Origin: a candidate division WOR-3 bacterium
Lineage (GTDB): Bacteria > Hydrothermota > Hydrothermia > JBDRYB01
Assembly (NCBI GenBank): GCA_039803205.1
Contig: JBDRYB010000001.1
Coordinates: 23,998-87,997, forward strand
Direction: 5' to 3'
Length of the DNA stretch: 64,000 bases
Below, in pieces: positions 47,798-57,019 of the stretch. Numbering within the stretch: position 1 is the stretch's first letter; each line of letters starts with the position of its first letter. A program made the position numbers and the translations under genes. The notes below the pieces were generated by a model. It did not search any database. It had not been told where the DNA came from and saw only the letters and a list, made by a program, of their open reading frames with translations.

Positions 47798-48487
47798 CTA
47801 CTGAGCCAATCTCAGGCCCCAGGCCGCTATCTCAGTATCACCAGCTAGGATCGCGCCCAAAACCCCATCTTGGCCCTTTATAGCCTCCATGGCCTCGCGA
47901 ACAGGAACCCCGGGGCCCAGCTCGTTTCCGAGCCTCGTTGCCCACGCATCTGCCAGAGCACCTGATTCCGCGACAACGGTAGCGGCCCAGGCATTGCCCA
48001 GGCTGAGAGAGGGGCCTAATCTGCCTGAGGATGTCGCTATTCCCCACCTCCCTGGGGGGATAACGAGCCTCAGGCTGGGGAGCTTCGGGTTGCCGATGAA
48101 TGCCTCAGCGACCCTTTCCTCTCCTGTCCTAATGAAGACATCTCCACCGTTTTCTATGGCCATATCGCCTTCGTAGGCCTGGCATATCTCCTCAGCAAAG
48201 GCCCCAGCGACCCCTGCCATTGGGCCGACCCCAGCGGCTTCAGCCGCGCTACACATCTTTGCCACTATATCAGGAACAGGTGGAGATGGATCAACCGGCT
48301 CAAGGCTCATCTTGAATATGGGATGCCTAGCGATATACCCCTCTAGCTCAGACCAGAGCTCCTTCAATCTCTCGCAAGCTGGTCCAGAGGGGATGGGCTC
48401 CTCCGATAAAAGGAGGATATCGGAGTGTCTGTAGACTATCCTGATGGCATGCCGCCAACCGGAGACCCTTCCCCTGTATGGTTTCAT
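47798..48487 (-). CDS. UPF0280 (ApbE-like) family protein
   Basis: Sequence pattern typical of archaeal-type UPF0280 proteins; third gene of the DUF39 / NIL-ferredoxin operon. Confidence 0.55.
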   Translation of the reverse strand: MKPYRGRVSGWRHAIRIVYRHSDILLLSEEPIPSGPACERLKELWSELEGYIARHPIFKMSLEPVDPSPPVPDIVAKMCSAAEAAGVGPMAGVAGAFAEEICQAYEGDMAIENGGDVFIRTGEERVAEAFIGNPKLPSLRLVIPPGRWGIATSSGRLGPSLSLGNAWAATVVAESGALADAWATRLGNELGPGVPVREAMEAIKGQDGVLGAILAGDTEIAAWGLRLAQ

Positions 48488-48867
48488 TCAAGCGCCTCAA
48501 GAGCCTGAGTGGGGCAGGAATCTATGCAGAATAGGCAAAAAAAGCAGGCATCCGGGTCAAATTGAAGCGCGTCGTTCTTCATGTGGAGGGCACCAGATAG
48601 GCAAACACCAACGCAACTCCCGCAGTCAACGCATCGCTCCTCATGCCGAACTATCTTTTCAGCCAGGGGGATAACCGAGACCCCCGCGGCCTCCAGCCAC
48701 TCAATTGCTGGGCCCGCGTCCTCAGGTATATCTACTACCATCTCACCGATCTCCCGAGGGCTAACGCTCGCCCGCAGGATGTTTATCTCAACGCCCTTCT
48801 CCCTTATCAGGGCTGAGATTATTGGCTTGTCCAAAAGCTGGCTTGGAAACCTGAGAAATAGTTTCAT
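48484..48867 (-). CDS. NIL domain / 4Fe-4S ferredoxin protein
   Basis: N-terminal NIL-like segment and two CxxCxxCxxxCP ferredoxin motifs (CVDCGSCVGVC, CFFCLFCIDSCP); start set at Met-11. Confidence 0.75.
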   Translation of the reverse strand: MKLFLRFPSQLLDKPIISALIREKGVEINILRASVSPREIGEMVVDIPEDAGPAIEWLEAAGVSVIPLAEKIVRHEERCVDCGSCVGVCLSGALHMKNDALQFDPDACFFCLFCIDSCPTQALEALE

Positions 48868-48868
48868 T

Positions 48869-50014
48869 TCACGCCTCCAGGTTCCTGATCTGGCCATCCA
48901 CCGGAAGGGGAGCTGTTCGCTCGGATAGCCTGAACACGCCTCTCCTGATCCACTCCCTGAGGGTTTCCGCGACCTTCCTTGAGAGCCTCATGCTCGTCCG
49001 AGAGCCTGTTTTTACCGGTTTTCCCATTATCTCAACATAGCCGGATCTGAGCTCTCGGTATGAGACGAGTTTTACCCGGGGCCTTGCCCTTCTCGGGATT
49101 CCGTAGTCAAGAATGGCTGTCTTGATGAGGCTATCGGGCCTTGAGGCGGACTCAGCTATATCCTCGTCAAGTATGGGTATTGCGGTTCCTATGCCAAGAA
49201 AAAGGCTAATTCCGTATCCCGGGATGTAGGCGGCCCTCAGGAACTCAGCGCTCATCTCCTTCAGATTGCCAACAAGGGCAAGGGTCGCGCCGGGTGTGAG
49301 TGGCAGGCCGGACTCGTCCCTCATGGGGGATGCGTTGAACTGGGTTCCCTCCCAGGCAACATAGCCTATTGCTCCCCCGAGGAACACTCGCGTCCCTATG
49401 CCTATGGTCCTCAGATCAGGGTCCTTCAGGAGGGGTGAGAGCTCCCCTGATGTGGCATACATGACATTCCCGTAGCCGGGGAGGAGTTTCCCCATGTATG
49501 TGTATAGAACCCTCTCAGAGGAATTTGTGGCCGCTGGATAGTTCTGATACAGGTTTCTCGGGTTAAAGAGGAACGCCTGATTGATATCCTTCAGGGTTAT
49601 CTCCGCCTCAACATGCTCCCTTGGATAGCAATCCGTGCGGGCCCCTCTTGCTGAGAGCCTAACCCTCTCGCCCCTCAAAAGGGCCTCTATCACATGCGCG
49701 CCGCCATACCGAGGGTCGCTCTCAGAGGCCTGGGTTGCTCCCATGTAAAGGTCAACCGCGGCAAGGCCGCCGTGCGCCTCAACCCCGTTCAGGAAAACCC
49801 TCTGGAGCTTAGCTGGAGGGTCGGTGTGGCCAGTGTTCAGGAAAAGGCCAGAACTGCACATCATTCCAAAAGTCCCTGTTGTCACAACATCAACCCTTTG
49901 GGCTATTGCCTTTGTCCCCTCTGATTCTCGGAGCCTCGCGGCCTCCTCGGCCGTGAGAACGACAACATCGCCTCTTGCTATTTTTTCGTTTATCTGCTCT
50001 ATGGTTCTTCGCAT
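48869..50014 (-). CDS. DUF39 homocysteine biosynthesis protein (COG1900-like, aspartate-semialdehyde sulfurtransferase-type)
   Basis: 381-aa protein with DUF39-like conserved blocks, followed by NIL-ferredoxin as in the methanogen-type homocysteine locus. Confidence 0.7.
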   Translation of the reverse strand: MRRTIEQINEKIARGDVVVLTAEEAARLRESEGTKAIAQRVDVVTTGTFGMMCSSGLFLNTGHTDPPAKLQRVFLNGVEAHGGLAAVDLYMGATQASESDPRYGGAHVIEALLRGERVRLSARGARTDCYPREHVEAEITLKDINQAFLFNPRNLYQNYPAATNSSERVLYTYMGKLLPGYGNVMYATSGELSPLLKDPDLRTIGIGTRVFLGGAIGYVAWEGTQFNASPMRDESGLPLTPGATLALVGNLKEMSAEFLRAAYIPGYGISLFLGIGTAIPILDEDIAESASRPDSLIKTAILDYGIPRRARPRVKLVSYRELRSGYVEIMGKPVKTGSRTSMRLSRKVAETLREWIRRGVFRLSERTAPLPVDGQIRNLEA

Positions 50015-50257
50015 AAAAACATCTCCTTTTGTCTTGGGTTTCTCAGGGGAGAGCGCAGTGTAGCTCGCGCCAGATCACGCGCCTGTCTGCGAAGCAGACC
50101 CATGCCCCCGGCCCGGGGGCCGGAGAATGGCGCGCATGTCATAGGATCTCATTCGGTTGGGAGCAAATTATGGATCAAGCGGAGGGAGAGATTCAACCTG
50201 AAGCAACAAGCTTTCTCTACTGGCAAAATGAGGACTCCAACCATTATAATATTCAGG

Positions 50258-50605
50258 ATGACTTCCCTTGATGTGCTTTGGGTGGCGGTAGCTTTCTCAG
50301 TGATCCTTATTGCCGTTGGCCTTTTTATTGCCCTCTTGGAACTACGGAACCTACTCAGGGACGCCAGGAACACAGTTAGAATAACCAACGCGGAGCTTCC
50401 CGACATTCTGAAAAGCCTGTCGGGAGCTGTGGAAGAAATAAGGGGGGCCGCGTCAAACCTAAACCTTATCACGGGCGGACTGGCCTCGGTCTCCGGGGCC
50501 ATATCTTCGGTATCAGAGAAATTGAAGGGTGGTTGGTTCGGGACAGGCTTGGCCGCAGGCATAGACCTCATTAGAAACCTATTCAGAAGGAGGAAAGAGA
50601 AATGA
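50258..50605 (+). CDS. DUF948-like membrane-anchored protein
   Basis: N-terminal TM helix then coiled coil; paired with a YtxH-like gene; start uncertain. Confidence 0.45.
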   Translation: MTSLDVLWVAVAFSVILIAVGLFIALLELRNLLRDARNTVRITNAELPDILKSLSGAVEEIRGAASNLNLITGGLASVSGAISSVSEKLKGGWFGTGLAAGIDLIRNLFRRRKEK

Positions 50606-50817
50606 GCGATAGAGGCAGTTCAACCGGATGGGCCCTGGCGGGTTTTGCCCTGGGGGTCATAGTTGGGGCCGCTATAGGCGTGCTTCTAGCCCCGGCCTCC
50701 GGAGAAGAAACCAGGGAACGCCTGAAGGAGACCCTTGAAAAAGCAAAGGAGAAAGGCAAAGAGCTCGTTGAGAAGGCCAGGGAAAAGCTCTTTGAACAAG
50801 AAGAGGAAGAGGTATAG
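50602..50817 (+). CDS. YtxH-like small protein
   Basis: Gly-zipper hydrophobic N-terminus then charged helix; 4-nt overlap with the upstream gene. Confidence 0.45.
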   Translation: MSDRGSSTGWALAGFALGVIVGAAIGVLLAPASGEETRERLKETLEKAKEKGKELVEKAREKLFEQEEEEV

Positions 50818-50863
50818 GCCACGGAGGCAGGCCATCGCTTTGTCTCCATAAGGAGAGTCTACC

Positions 50864-51853
50864 ATGCTCATAGGTATAAATGGTTTCGGCCGGGTTGGCC
50901 GGCAGGTGTTTAAGATAGCCCTAGAGAGAGGGCACAAGGTCGTTGGCATAAACGACCTTTTTGACGCAAGCGTGCTCGCGCATCTTCTCAAGTATGACTC
51001 GGTCTACGGCAAATATGAGAAGAGGGTTGAGGCCGGAGAGGGCTTCATAGCCGTGGATGGCCTCAGGATCCCTGTCACCGCGCACAAGGACCCGAAGGAT
51101 ATACCGTGGGGAGACTGGAAGGCTGAGATCGTAATTGAGGCATCCGGAGCCTTCAGGTCAAAGGACAAGGCCTCCGCGCACCTAAGGGATACGGTTAAGA
51201 AGGTCATAATAACCGCACCGGCCAAAGGCGAGATAGACGCGACCTTCGTTATGGGCTGTAATGAGAACACATACGATCCCCAGAAGCACCATATCGTGTC
51301 CAACGCTTCCTGCACGACCAACGCCTTCGCGCACATGGTTCGGGTGATAAAGGAACGCTTCGGGATAAAGAGGGGCCTAATGACCACGGTCCACGCCTAC
51401 ACAAACGATCAACGCATACTTGACTCGCCCCACAAGGACCTGAGAAGGGCCAGGTCCGCTGGCATATCCATAATCCCCACATCAACCGGAGCGGCAAAGG
51501 CGATAACCATAATATACCCAGAGCTCAAAGGAAAGCTTGACGCTGTCGCCCTGAGGGTCCCAACCCAGGACGCTTCCCTCGTTGATTTCGCGGTTGAGGT
51601 TGAGAGGCCAACCACACCTGAGGAGGTCAATGAGGCATTCCGGGCCTACGCAGATGCAAATCCAAAATACATGGGGATAGCCGAGGACGAGCTCGTCTCC
51701 ATAGACATAGTTGGGGAGCGCAGGTCCGTAATATTTGACCCGTTCCTCACCCAGGTGGTTGACGGAACGCTCGTGAAGGTATTCGGCTGGTATGACAACG
51801 AGTGGGGCTATTCCGAGAGGGTCGTTGATCTGGCCGAGCACATGCTGAAATAA
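50864..51853 (+). CDS. gap: glyceraldehyde-3-phosphate dehydrogenase (type I)
   Basis: INGFGRVGR N-terminus, catalytic SNASCTTN motif. Confidence 0.95.
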   Translation: MLIGINGFGRVGRQVFKIALERGHKVVGINDLFDASVLAHLLKYDSVYGKYEKRVEAGEGFIAVDGLRIPVTAHKDPKDIPWGDWKAEIVIEASGAFRSKDKASAHLRDTVKKVIITAPAKGEIDATFVMGCNENTYDPQKHHIVSNASCTTNAFAHMVRVIKERFGIKRGLMTTVHAYTNDQRILDSPHKDLRRARSAGISIIPTSTGAAKAITIIYPELKGKLDAVALRVPTQDASLVDFAVEVERPTTPEEVNEAFRAYADANPKYMGIAEDELVSIDIVGERRSVIFDPFLTQVVDGTLVKVFGWYDNEWGYSERVVDLAEHMLK

Positions 51854-51855
51854 CC

Positions 51856-53202
51856 TTGATAGCTTCTTGGAAACCAGGGAGGGATGTTCGTTATCATCCC
51901 TCCCTTTCTCACGCCTTGGGGTCTGGAGCACCCCTCATACTTTCCCTGGACGGAGGCGCTTCCCTCTTCAAGGGTTCGCTTGACCGATTTCTCGTTGAGC
52001 TTCAGAAGCCAGGCGTCTCACTCGCTTACTCCTCATACGAAACGGATTCCGGCGCGGTTGAGGCAATGCCCTTTAATCGCGACATAACCGAGCGCTTCCC
52101 ATTTGGGCCGGTAAGGGCTTACCTCTCGGAAAAACTCATGGGAACCGGGGCAGAGGGGTTCACATATGCGTGGGAATACCACGCGAGGCTGGTTCTTGAG
52201 GAGCGAGGGCTTTTGCCATCAGCGATCCCGGAGCCCCTCTACTTTTACGAGCCGGATCTGAGACCGAGGCCGGACCTCAGGGAGTATTGGGACAAGGGTG
52301 AAAGGGGTTCTCATGACCTCTGGGAACCCTTCTCTTACCTGAATTATCCCCCGGAGGCGGACTCGGAGATCCGCGAAGTCTTCTACGCTATGCTCAGGAG
52401 GCGAGAGGCCTTCCTTGAGGATTTTGAGCCTGAGAGAAGATTTCCGCCCGGCAAAGGGGACTACAAACTCATGGCTTCTGTGGTGATCCCCGTCAGAAAC
52501 AGGGAGCAGTTTATTGGCCGAGCAATTGAATCCGCTCTCGCTCAGGACTTCTCAGACTACGAGGTTATCGTTGTTGACAACGCATCGGAGGACAAAACAA
52601 GGGATGTCGTGAGGAATTTTGACGATCCCAGGCTCCGGTTGATAGAGAACCCAAATGGCTCAATTGCTTTTGCTCTGAACACTGGCCTCAGGGCCGCGAG
52701 GGGAAAATACATTCTGCAGCTTGACTCGGATGACGCGTATGCCCCGGAGACCGTGCGCATCATGGTTGGTTTCATGGAGGCGCACCCGGAGTGCGGCCTT
52801 GCCATATCCTATTATCAGATAACCGACGAAAACCTAAATCCCCTGCCGGGCGGCATAGTTAGGCATCTGGAATACGACAGGAACAACATACTGAGGTGCG
52901 AGGGCGCTGGTGCTGTTCGCTGTTGGAGAAAGGAAGTATTGCTTGAGATAGGTGGTTTTGACGAGGAGTTCGGGATGTATGGTGAGGATTACGATGCTGT
53001 CATAAAGGTCTCTGAGAGATACGATGTCTGCCGCGTTCACGAGGTCCTTTACTTCTACAGGAGACACAAGGGCTCTCAGGATGTTGTCCAGTCCAGGTCC
53101 CATAGGCTTGATGCTAAGACCAGAATAAGGTTAAGAGCCATAGAAAGAAGAAGGGCGCTGGTCAAGAGCCGTGAAGCTAGAGGATATTCCAAAGATACTT
53201 GA
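51856..53202 (+). CDS. glycosyltransferase family 2 with N-terminal extension
   Basis: GT2 signature in the C-terminal half (VVIPVRNREQFIGRAIESALAQDF...VIVVDNASEDKT); start uncertain. Confidence 0.7.
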   Translation: MIASWKPGRDVRYHPSLSHALGSGAPLILSLDGGASLFKGSLDRFLVELQKPGVSLAYSSYETDSGAVEAMPFNRDITERFPFGPVRAYLSEKLMGTGAEGFTYAWEYHARLVLEERGLLPSAIPEPLYFYEPDLRPRPDLREYWDKGERGSHDLWEPFSYLNYPPEADSEIREVFYAMLRRREAFLEDFEPERRFPPGKGDYKLMASVVIPVRNREQFIGRAIESALAQDFSDYEVIVVDNASEDKTRDVVRNFDDPRLRLIENPNGSIAFALNTGLRAARGKYILQLDSDDAYAPETVRIMVGFMEAHPECGLAISYYQITDENLNPLPGGIVRHLEYDRNNILRCEGAGAVRCWRKEVLLEIGGFDEEFGMYGEDYDAVIKVSERYDVCRVHEVLYFYRRHKGSQDVVQSRSHRLDAKTRIRLRAIERRRALVKSREARGYSKDT

Positions 53203-53824
53203 GGCCAGATACGGAAGGCCTAAGAGAAAGCCAAAGCCCCTCCTTGATTGTCTGGTGAGGACCATACTTTCTCAGAACACAAACGATAAGCTCAGGGATG
53301 AGGCGTATTCCCAGCTCCTCAAGAGGTTCGGCTCCTGGAAAGAGGCGCGCGAGGCCACGGTTTCGGAAATAGCGCGCGCCATAAGGGTAGCAGGACTACA
53401 CAAACAAAAGGCCAGGGCCATAAAGGCTCTCATTGAACTGGCCTCAGCCTACGGATACGATCTCTCTTTCGTGAGCGAAATGGATCCGGACCAAGCTTAT
53501 GCCTTCCTCAGAAAGATCAGGGGTATAGGTGACAAGACCGCGAAGGTTTGCCTTCTTTTCTCTTTCGGAATGCCATTTTTCCCCGTTGATACGCACATAA
53601 ACCGCGTCGCTAAAAGGATAGGCTTGGCCCATAAAAACTGGACGAGGGAAAGGGTTTCCGAACGCCTTGAGAGGCTCTTTGAGCCGAGAGATTACTATTC
53701 TCTGCATCTAAACCTGATAGAACTGGGGCGCGATCTCTGCAAGCCGCGCGAGCCGAGGTGCGGGGAGTGCCCGATTAGGGCGGTCTGCTCTTTTGGGAAA
53801 CGCTCTTCAGGGTCCCCAGTTTGA
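53171..53824 (+). CDS. nth: endonuclease III family DNA glycosylase (HhH-GPD, 4Fe-4S)
   Basis: HhH motif, GIGDKTA, C-terminal C-x6-C-x2-C-x5-C cluster. Confidence 0.85.
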   Translation: MKLEDIPKILEARYGRPKRKPKPLLDCLVRTILSQNTNDKLRDEAYSQLLKRFGSWKEAREATVSEIARAIRVAGLHKQKARAIKALIELASAYGYDLSFVSEMDPDQAYAFLRKIRGIGDKTAKVCLLFSFGMPFFPVDTHINRVAKRIGLAHKNWTRERVSERLERLFEPRDYYSLHLNLIELGRDLCKPREPRCGECPIRAVCSFGKRSSGSPV

Positions 53825-53832
53825 GGGCCCGG

Positions 53833-54810
53833 TTAATGTCCCGCAAAATGGTCATAACCCGAGGATGCTAGGCTCTTCTCAGTCCCGTTAACTATTATTC
53901 TGGAGTCCGGCCTCCCCTCCCTCGCTGAACCCACCACAGTCGCGGGGAAATTCAGCTTTGAGAGCCAGGCCTCGTCCTTCGGGCTTATGGCAAGAAGAAC
54001 CTCGTATTCCTCCCCAGACTCTAAGGCGAGCTCCCACGGAGGCTTCTTCGCCCTCTCGGCTATAACCTTCACGGAATCATCTATGGGAAGACGATTGATG
54101 TCTATGACAACCTCAACCTCTGAGGCAATAGCGAGCCTCCAGGAATCAACTCCGAGGCCATCGGATATATCTATTGCCGCGTGGAGCTCCACATCCATGG
54201 CAAGGCGCTGTATCTGCCTTATGGCTGGCCATGGACGGGCAAACTTCTCCCGAAGGCGCCTGAGCCACGGTTCGTATCCTCGCGTTACTCCCATCTCCTC
54301 AGCAAGGAGCCAACCCCTAACCCTTCCTATGTCCCCCGTGATGACCAGGAGGTCTCCGGGCTGGACGCCTCTCCTGGTTATTGCCTTGCCTTTCGCTATC
54401 TCGCCTATGACCACAACGGAGAGCCCAAGCTTCTCCCCCCTAGAGAGATTTCCGCCGCACGGCGAGATGCAGAACGCTGACATCAACTCCTCCATTCCCT
54501 CGTATATCTCGGATGCCCTGCCCGCGAGCCTCTTCGGAAGCTGGATGTCAACCAGGAATGTGATGGGTTCCGCGCCCACTGCCGCGAGGTCGCTGAGAGC
54601 ACCAGCCAGGGCCCTGTGTCCTATCTCCCTGAGGGTCAGGACATCAAGGGTAAAGTGCACATCCTCATGCGATGAATCAACGGAAACAGCCAGCTCCTTG
54701 CCCGGTATTTCAAGGATAATGGCGGTGTCGTCTCCTGGCCCCAGGGAAACCCTCGGATGCTCCCTGAAGAATGTTGCGAGACTGGTTACTATCTCATCTT
54801 CTCTGATCAT
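53833..54810 (-). CDS. thiL: thiamine-monophosphate kinase
   Basis: PurM-like fold with ThiL N-terminal pattern (GPGDDTAI). Confidence 0.8.
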   Translation of the reverse strand: MIREDEIVTSLATFFREHPRVSLGPGDDTAIILEIPGKELAVSVDSSHEDVHFTLDVLTLREIGHRALAGALSDLAAVGAEPITFLVDIQLPKRLAGRASEIYEGMEELMSAFCISPCGGNLSRGEKLGLSVVVIGEIAKGKAITRRGVQPGDLLVITGDIGRVRGWLLAEEMGVTRGYEPWLRRLREKFARPWPAIRQIQRLAMDVELHAAIDISDGLGVDSWRLAIASEVEVVIDINRLPIDDSVKVIAERAKKPPWELALESGEEYEVLLAISPKDEAWLSKLNFPATVVGSAREGRPDSRIIVNGTEKSLASSGYDHFAGH

Positions 54811-55634
54811 AGCTCTTTCAAGGCCTTATCTAGCTGTTCCTTACTTGGTGCTATCCCGTGCCAGCTGGGGTCGTCCTCCATGAATGAGACACCCTTGCCC
54901 TTTACGGTCCTAGCCCTTACGAACACGGGCCCAAGACCGTAATCCCTCGCCCAGGCCAGCGTTTCTATGAGCTCGCGAAGGTCGTGCCCATCAACAGAAC
55001 GGGTCTCCCAGCCGAATGCCCTGAACTTCTCCTCTATTGGCTCCATGCAAAGCACATCCGAACACCTTCCCTCTATCTGAAGCCCATTATGGTCAAGTAT
55101 GGCGATGATGTTCCCTAGGCGGTAATGAGAGGCCGAGGCCGCTGCCTCCCAGACCTGGCCCTCGCCCAGCTCCCCATCTCCCAAAAGCACGAAAACCTTA
55201 GCCGGATTTCTGTCCAGGCGCAATGCCAGCGCCATCCCGACCGCGAAAGAGAAGCCCTGGCCCAGAGACCCTGTGGATGCCTCCACCCCCGGAACCGACC
55301 GGAAGTGCGGATGGCCCTGCAATAGGGAACCGGGTTTCCTCAGAGTCGCCAGGAGCTCGCGAGGGAAATAGCCACACCTCGCCAAGACCGCGTATAACCC
55401 GGGAACAGCGTGGCCCTTTGAGAGGATGAACCTGTCCCTCTCCGACCACCAGGGTTCATGAGGCCTGTGGTTCATGACGGCCCTGTAGAGAGCGAGGAGT
55501 ATCTCAACCTCAGAGAGCGAGCCACCCGGATGGCCAGAACCAGCCTCAGCGAGCATAACGAGGATGTCCCGGCGTATGAGCCTCGCCTCCTCCTGGAGCT
55601 CTTCAATGGATGGCGAGAGGTTTCCCTTTTTCAC
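54807..55634 (-). CDS. transketolase, N-terminal subunit (split type)
   Basis: SGHPGGSLS TPP-binding motif and GDGELGEG block; 275 aa as in split transketolase N-subunits. Confidence 0.8.
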   Translation of the reverse strand: MKKGNLSPSIEELQEEARLIRRDILVMLAEAGSGHPGGSLSEVEILLALYRAVMNHRPHEPWWSERDRFILSKGHAVPGLYAVLARCGYFPRELLATLRKPGSLLQGHPHFRSVPGVEASTGSLGQGFSFAVGMALALRLDRNPAKVFVLLGDGELGEGQVWEAAASASHYRLGNIIAILDHNGLQIEGRCSDVLCMEPIEEKFRAFGWETRSVDGHDLRELIETLAWARDYGLGPVFVRARTVKGKGVSFMEDDPSWHGIAPSKEQLDKALKEL

Positions 55635-55651
55635 GAGCGGATGGCGAGCAC

Positions 55652-57019
55652 TTAGAACTCCGTGGAGCTTGTGAACCTGAATCTCCTGAGCTTCACCGAA
55701 GGGAGGGTGTCCCCTGAGGGGAAGTGAAGATCATACCAGGATGTTCCACCAACTAGGACCTGATCAGAGCCCGGCTCCGCGTCCGAGAGGGCCTCAAGCA
55801 TGTTCTGGGTGAAGCGCATGTTCCTGAGCGCCTTCGTTATCTTGCCGTCTTCTATGAGGAAAAGCCCATCCCTCGTCATCCCCGTTAGGGTAAAGCTCAT
55901 GGGTTCAGCGACATTCACATACCACAGCTTTGTTATCAGTATTCCCCTCTCGGTCTCGGATATGAGCTCATCCCTGGTTTTGGTTCCGGGTTTCACAACG
56001 ATGTTCATGGCATACGGGTAGTTTCCAAAAGGAATAACGCCGTTTCCGGTTGATTCCTTGCCCTCTGCGGCCGCGCACTTGAGGTCATAAAGTAGGTTAA
56101 CGGGAACGCCCCTCTCAACGAGAGGGAATGGTTTTCTGGCAACCCCTTCCATGTCAAATGGGTATGGGAATCCCTGGGTTGGGTCCTCCCATATCTCTAT
56201 ATGCTCCGAGAATATACGCTTCCCCATCTTGTCCTTGAGGAAGCTCCTTCCTTCCTGAAAGGCCCTCGCAGAGAAACCCATCCAATTGGCGAATGCGATG
56301 ATCTCCGAGACGGCCAAGGGCTCCAGCACAACCTCATACTCGCCCGGGGAGATGTCCTCAGGGTTCTCGGTCATCTCAGCCCTCATCCTGGCTTTTTCAG
56401 CAACCCTCCTCGGTTCAACATCCCGGATCCTCACCGAAGATTCCTGACCCCAGGAGGATGCGAGACCCCTCATTGGGTTTATTGAGAAGTGAGCATCAGT
56501 CATCCTGTGATAAAGCCGAAGCCCTCTGGAATTGGCGATAACTATCTCCACCGAGCCCTTTGAGAATGAGCCGTATCCCTCGTATGGGCCGAGCACCCTA
56601 ACGGCATCTGAGACCTTCTGGCCCATGTATTCAGGGGGAGTCTCAGCGGTTTCCTCGTCAAACGCCCAAGGAACCCGATCCGGCTCCGAATGGCTAAGCG
56701 GCTCCGGAAGGTCCTGCTCAGGGCTATGGGACGCCACATCTCTTGCGCTAGAGATGAGCCTACTCAGAGCCTCATGCTCATCCGAGTTTATCCAAGCGAC
56801 CCCTACCCGTTTTCCGTATCTCACTCTGAGACCAATGCTCAGGTTCCTGATGGCGACATTCTGGTGAACCCTGGAACCCGAAAACCTCGTCAGGATGCTA
56901 TCCTCGCTCAGGATAACGATCTCAGAGGTATCCGCATCCGAAAGCCTAAGAACAGCATCAGCCAGCCCAAACAGCCTGTCAGGCCCGTAAAGACTGTTCA
57001 AAACCCTTTTCATTTCCAT
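55652..57019 (-). CDS. TldD/PmbA family metalloprotease
   Basis: 455 aa with PmbA/TldD-like conserved C-terminal region. Confidence 0.75.
   Translation of the reverse strand: MEMKRVLNSLYGPDRLFGLADAVLRLSDADTSEIVILSEDSILTRFSGSRVHQNVAIRNLSIGLRVRYGKRVGVAWINSDEHEALSRLISSARDVASHSPEQDLPEPLSHSEPDRVPWAFDEETAETPPEYMGQKVSDAVRVLGPYEGYGSFSKGSVEIVIANSRGLRLYHRMTDAHFSINPMRGLASSWGQESSVRIRDVEPRRVAEKARMRAEMTENPEDISPGEYEVVLEPLAVSEIIAFANWMGFSARAFQEGRSFLKDKMGKRIFSEHIEIWEDPTQGFPYPFDMEGVARKPFPLVERGVPVNLLYDLKCAAAEGKESTGNGVIPFGNYPYAMNIVVKPGTKTRDELISETERGILITKLWYVNVAEPMSFTLTGMTRDGLFLIEDGKITKALRNMRFTQNMLEALSDAEPGSDQVLVGGTSWYDLHFPSGDTLPSVKLRRFRFTSSTEF

Noticed and set aside
50015-50130. Possible SAM riboswitch upstream of the DUF39 homocysteine operon
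   Set aside because: The 5' leader on the minus strand shows a GC hairpin (50110..50126) but none of the conserved S-box sequence blocks; no riboswitch is called without a covariance-model search.
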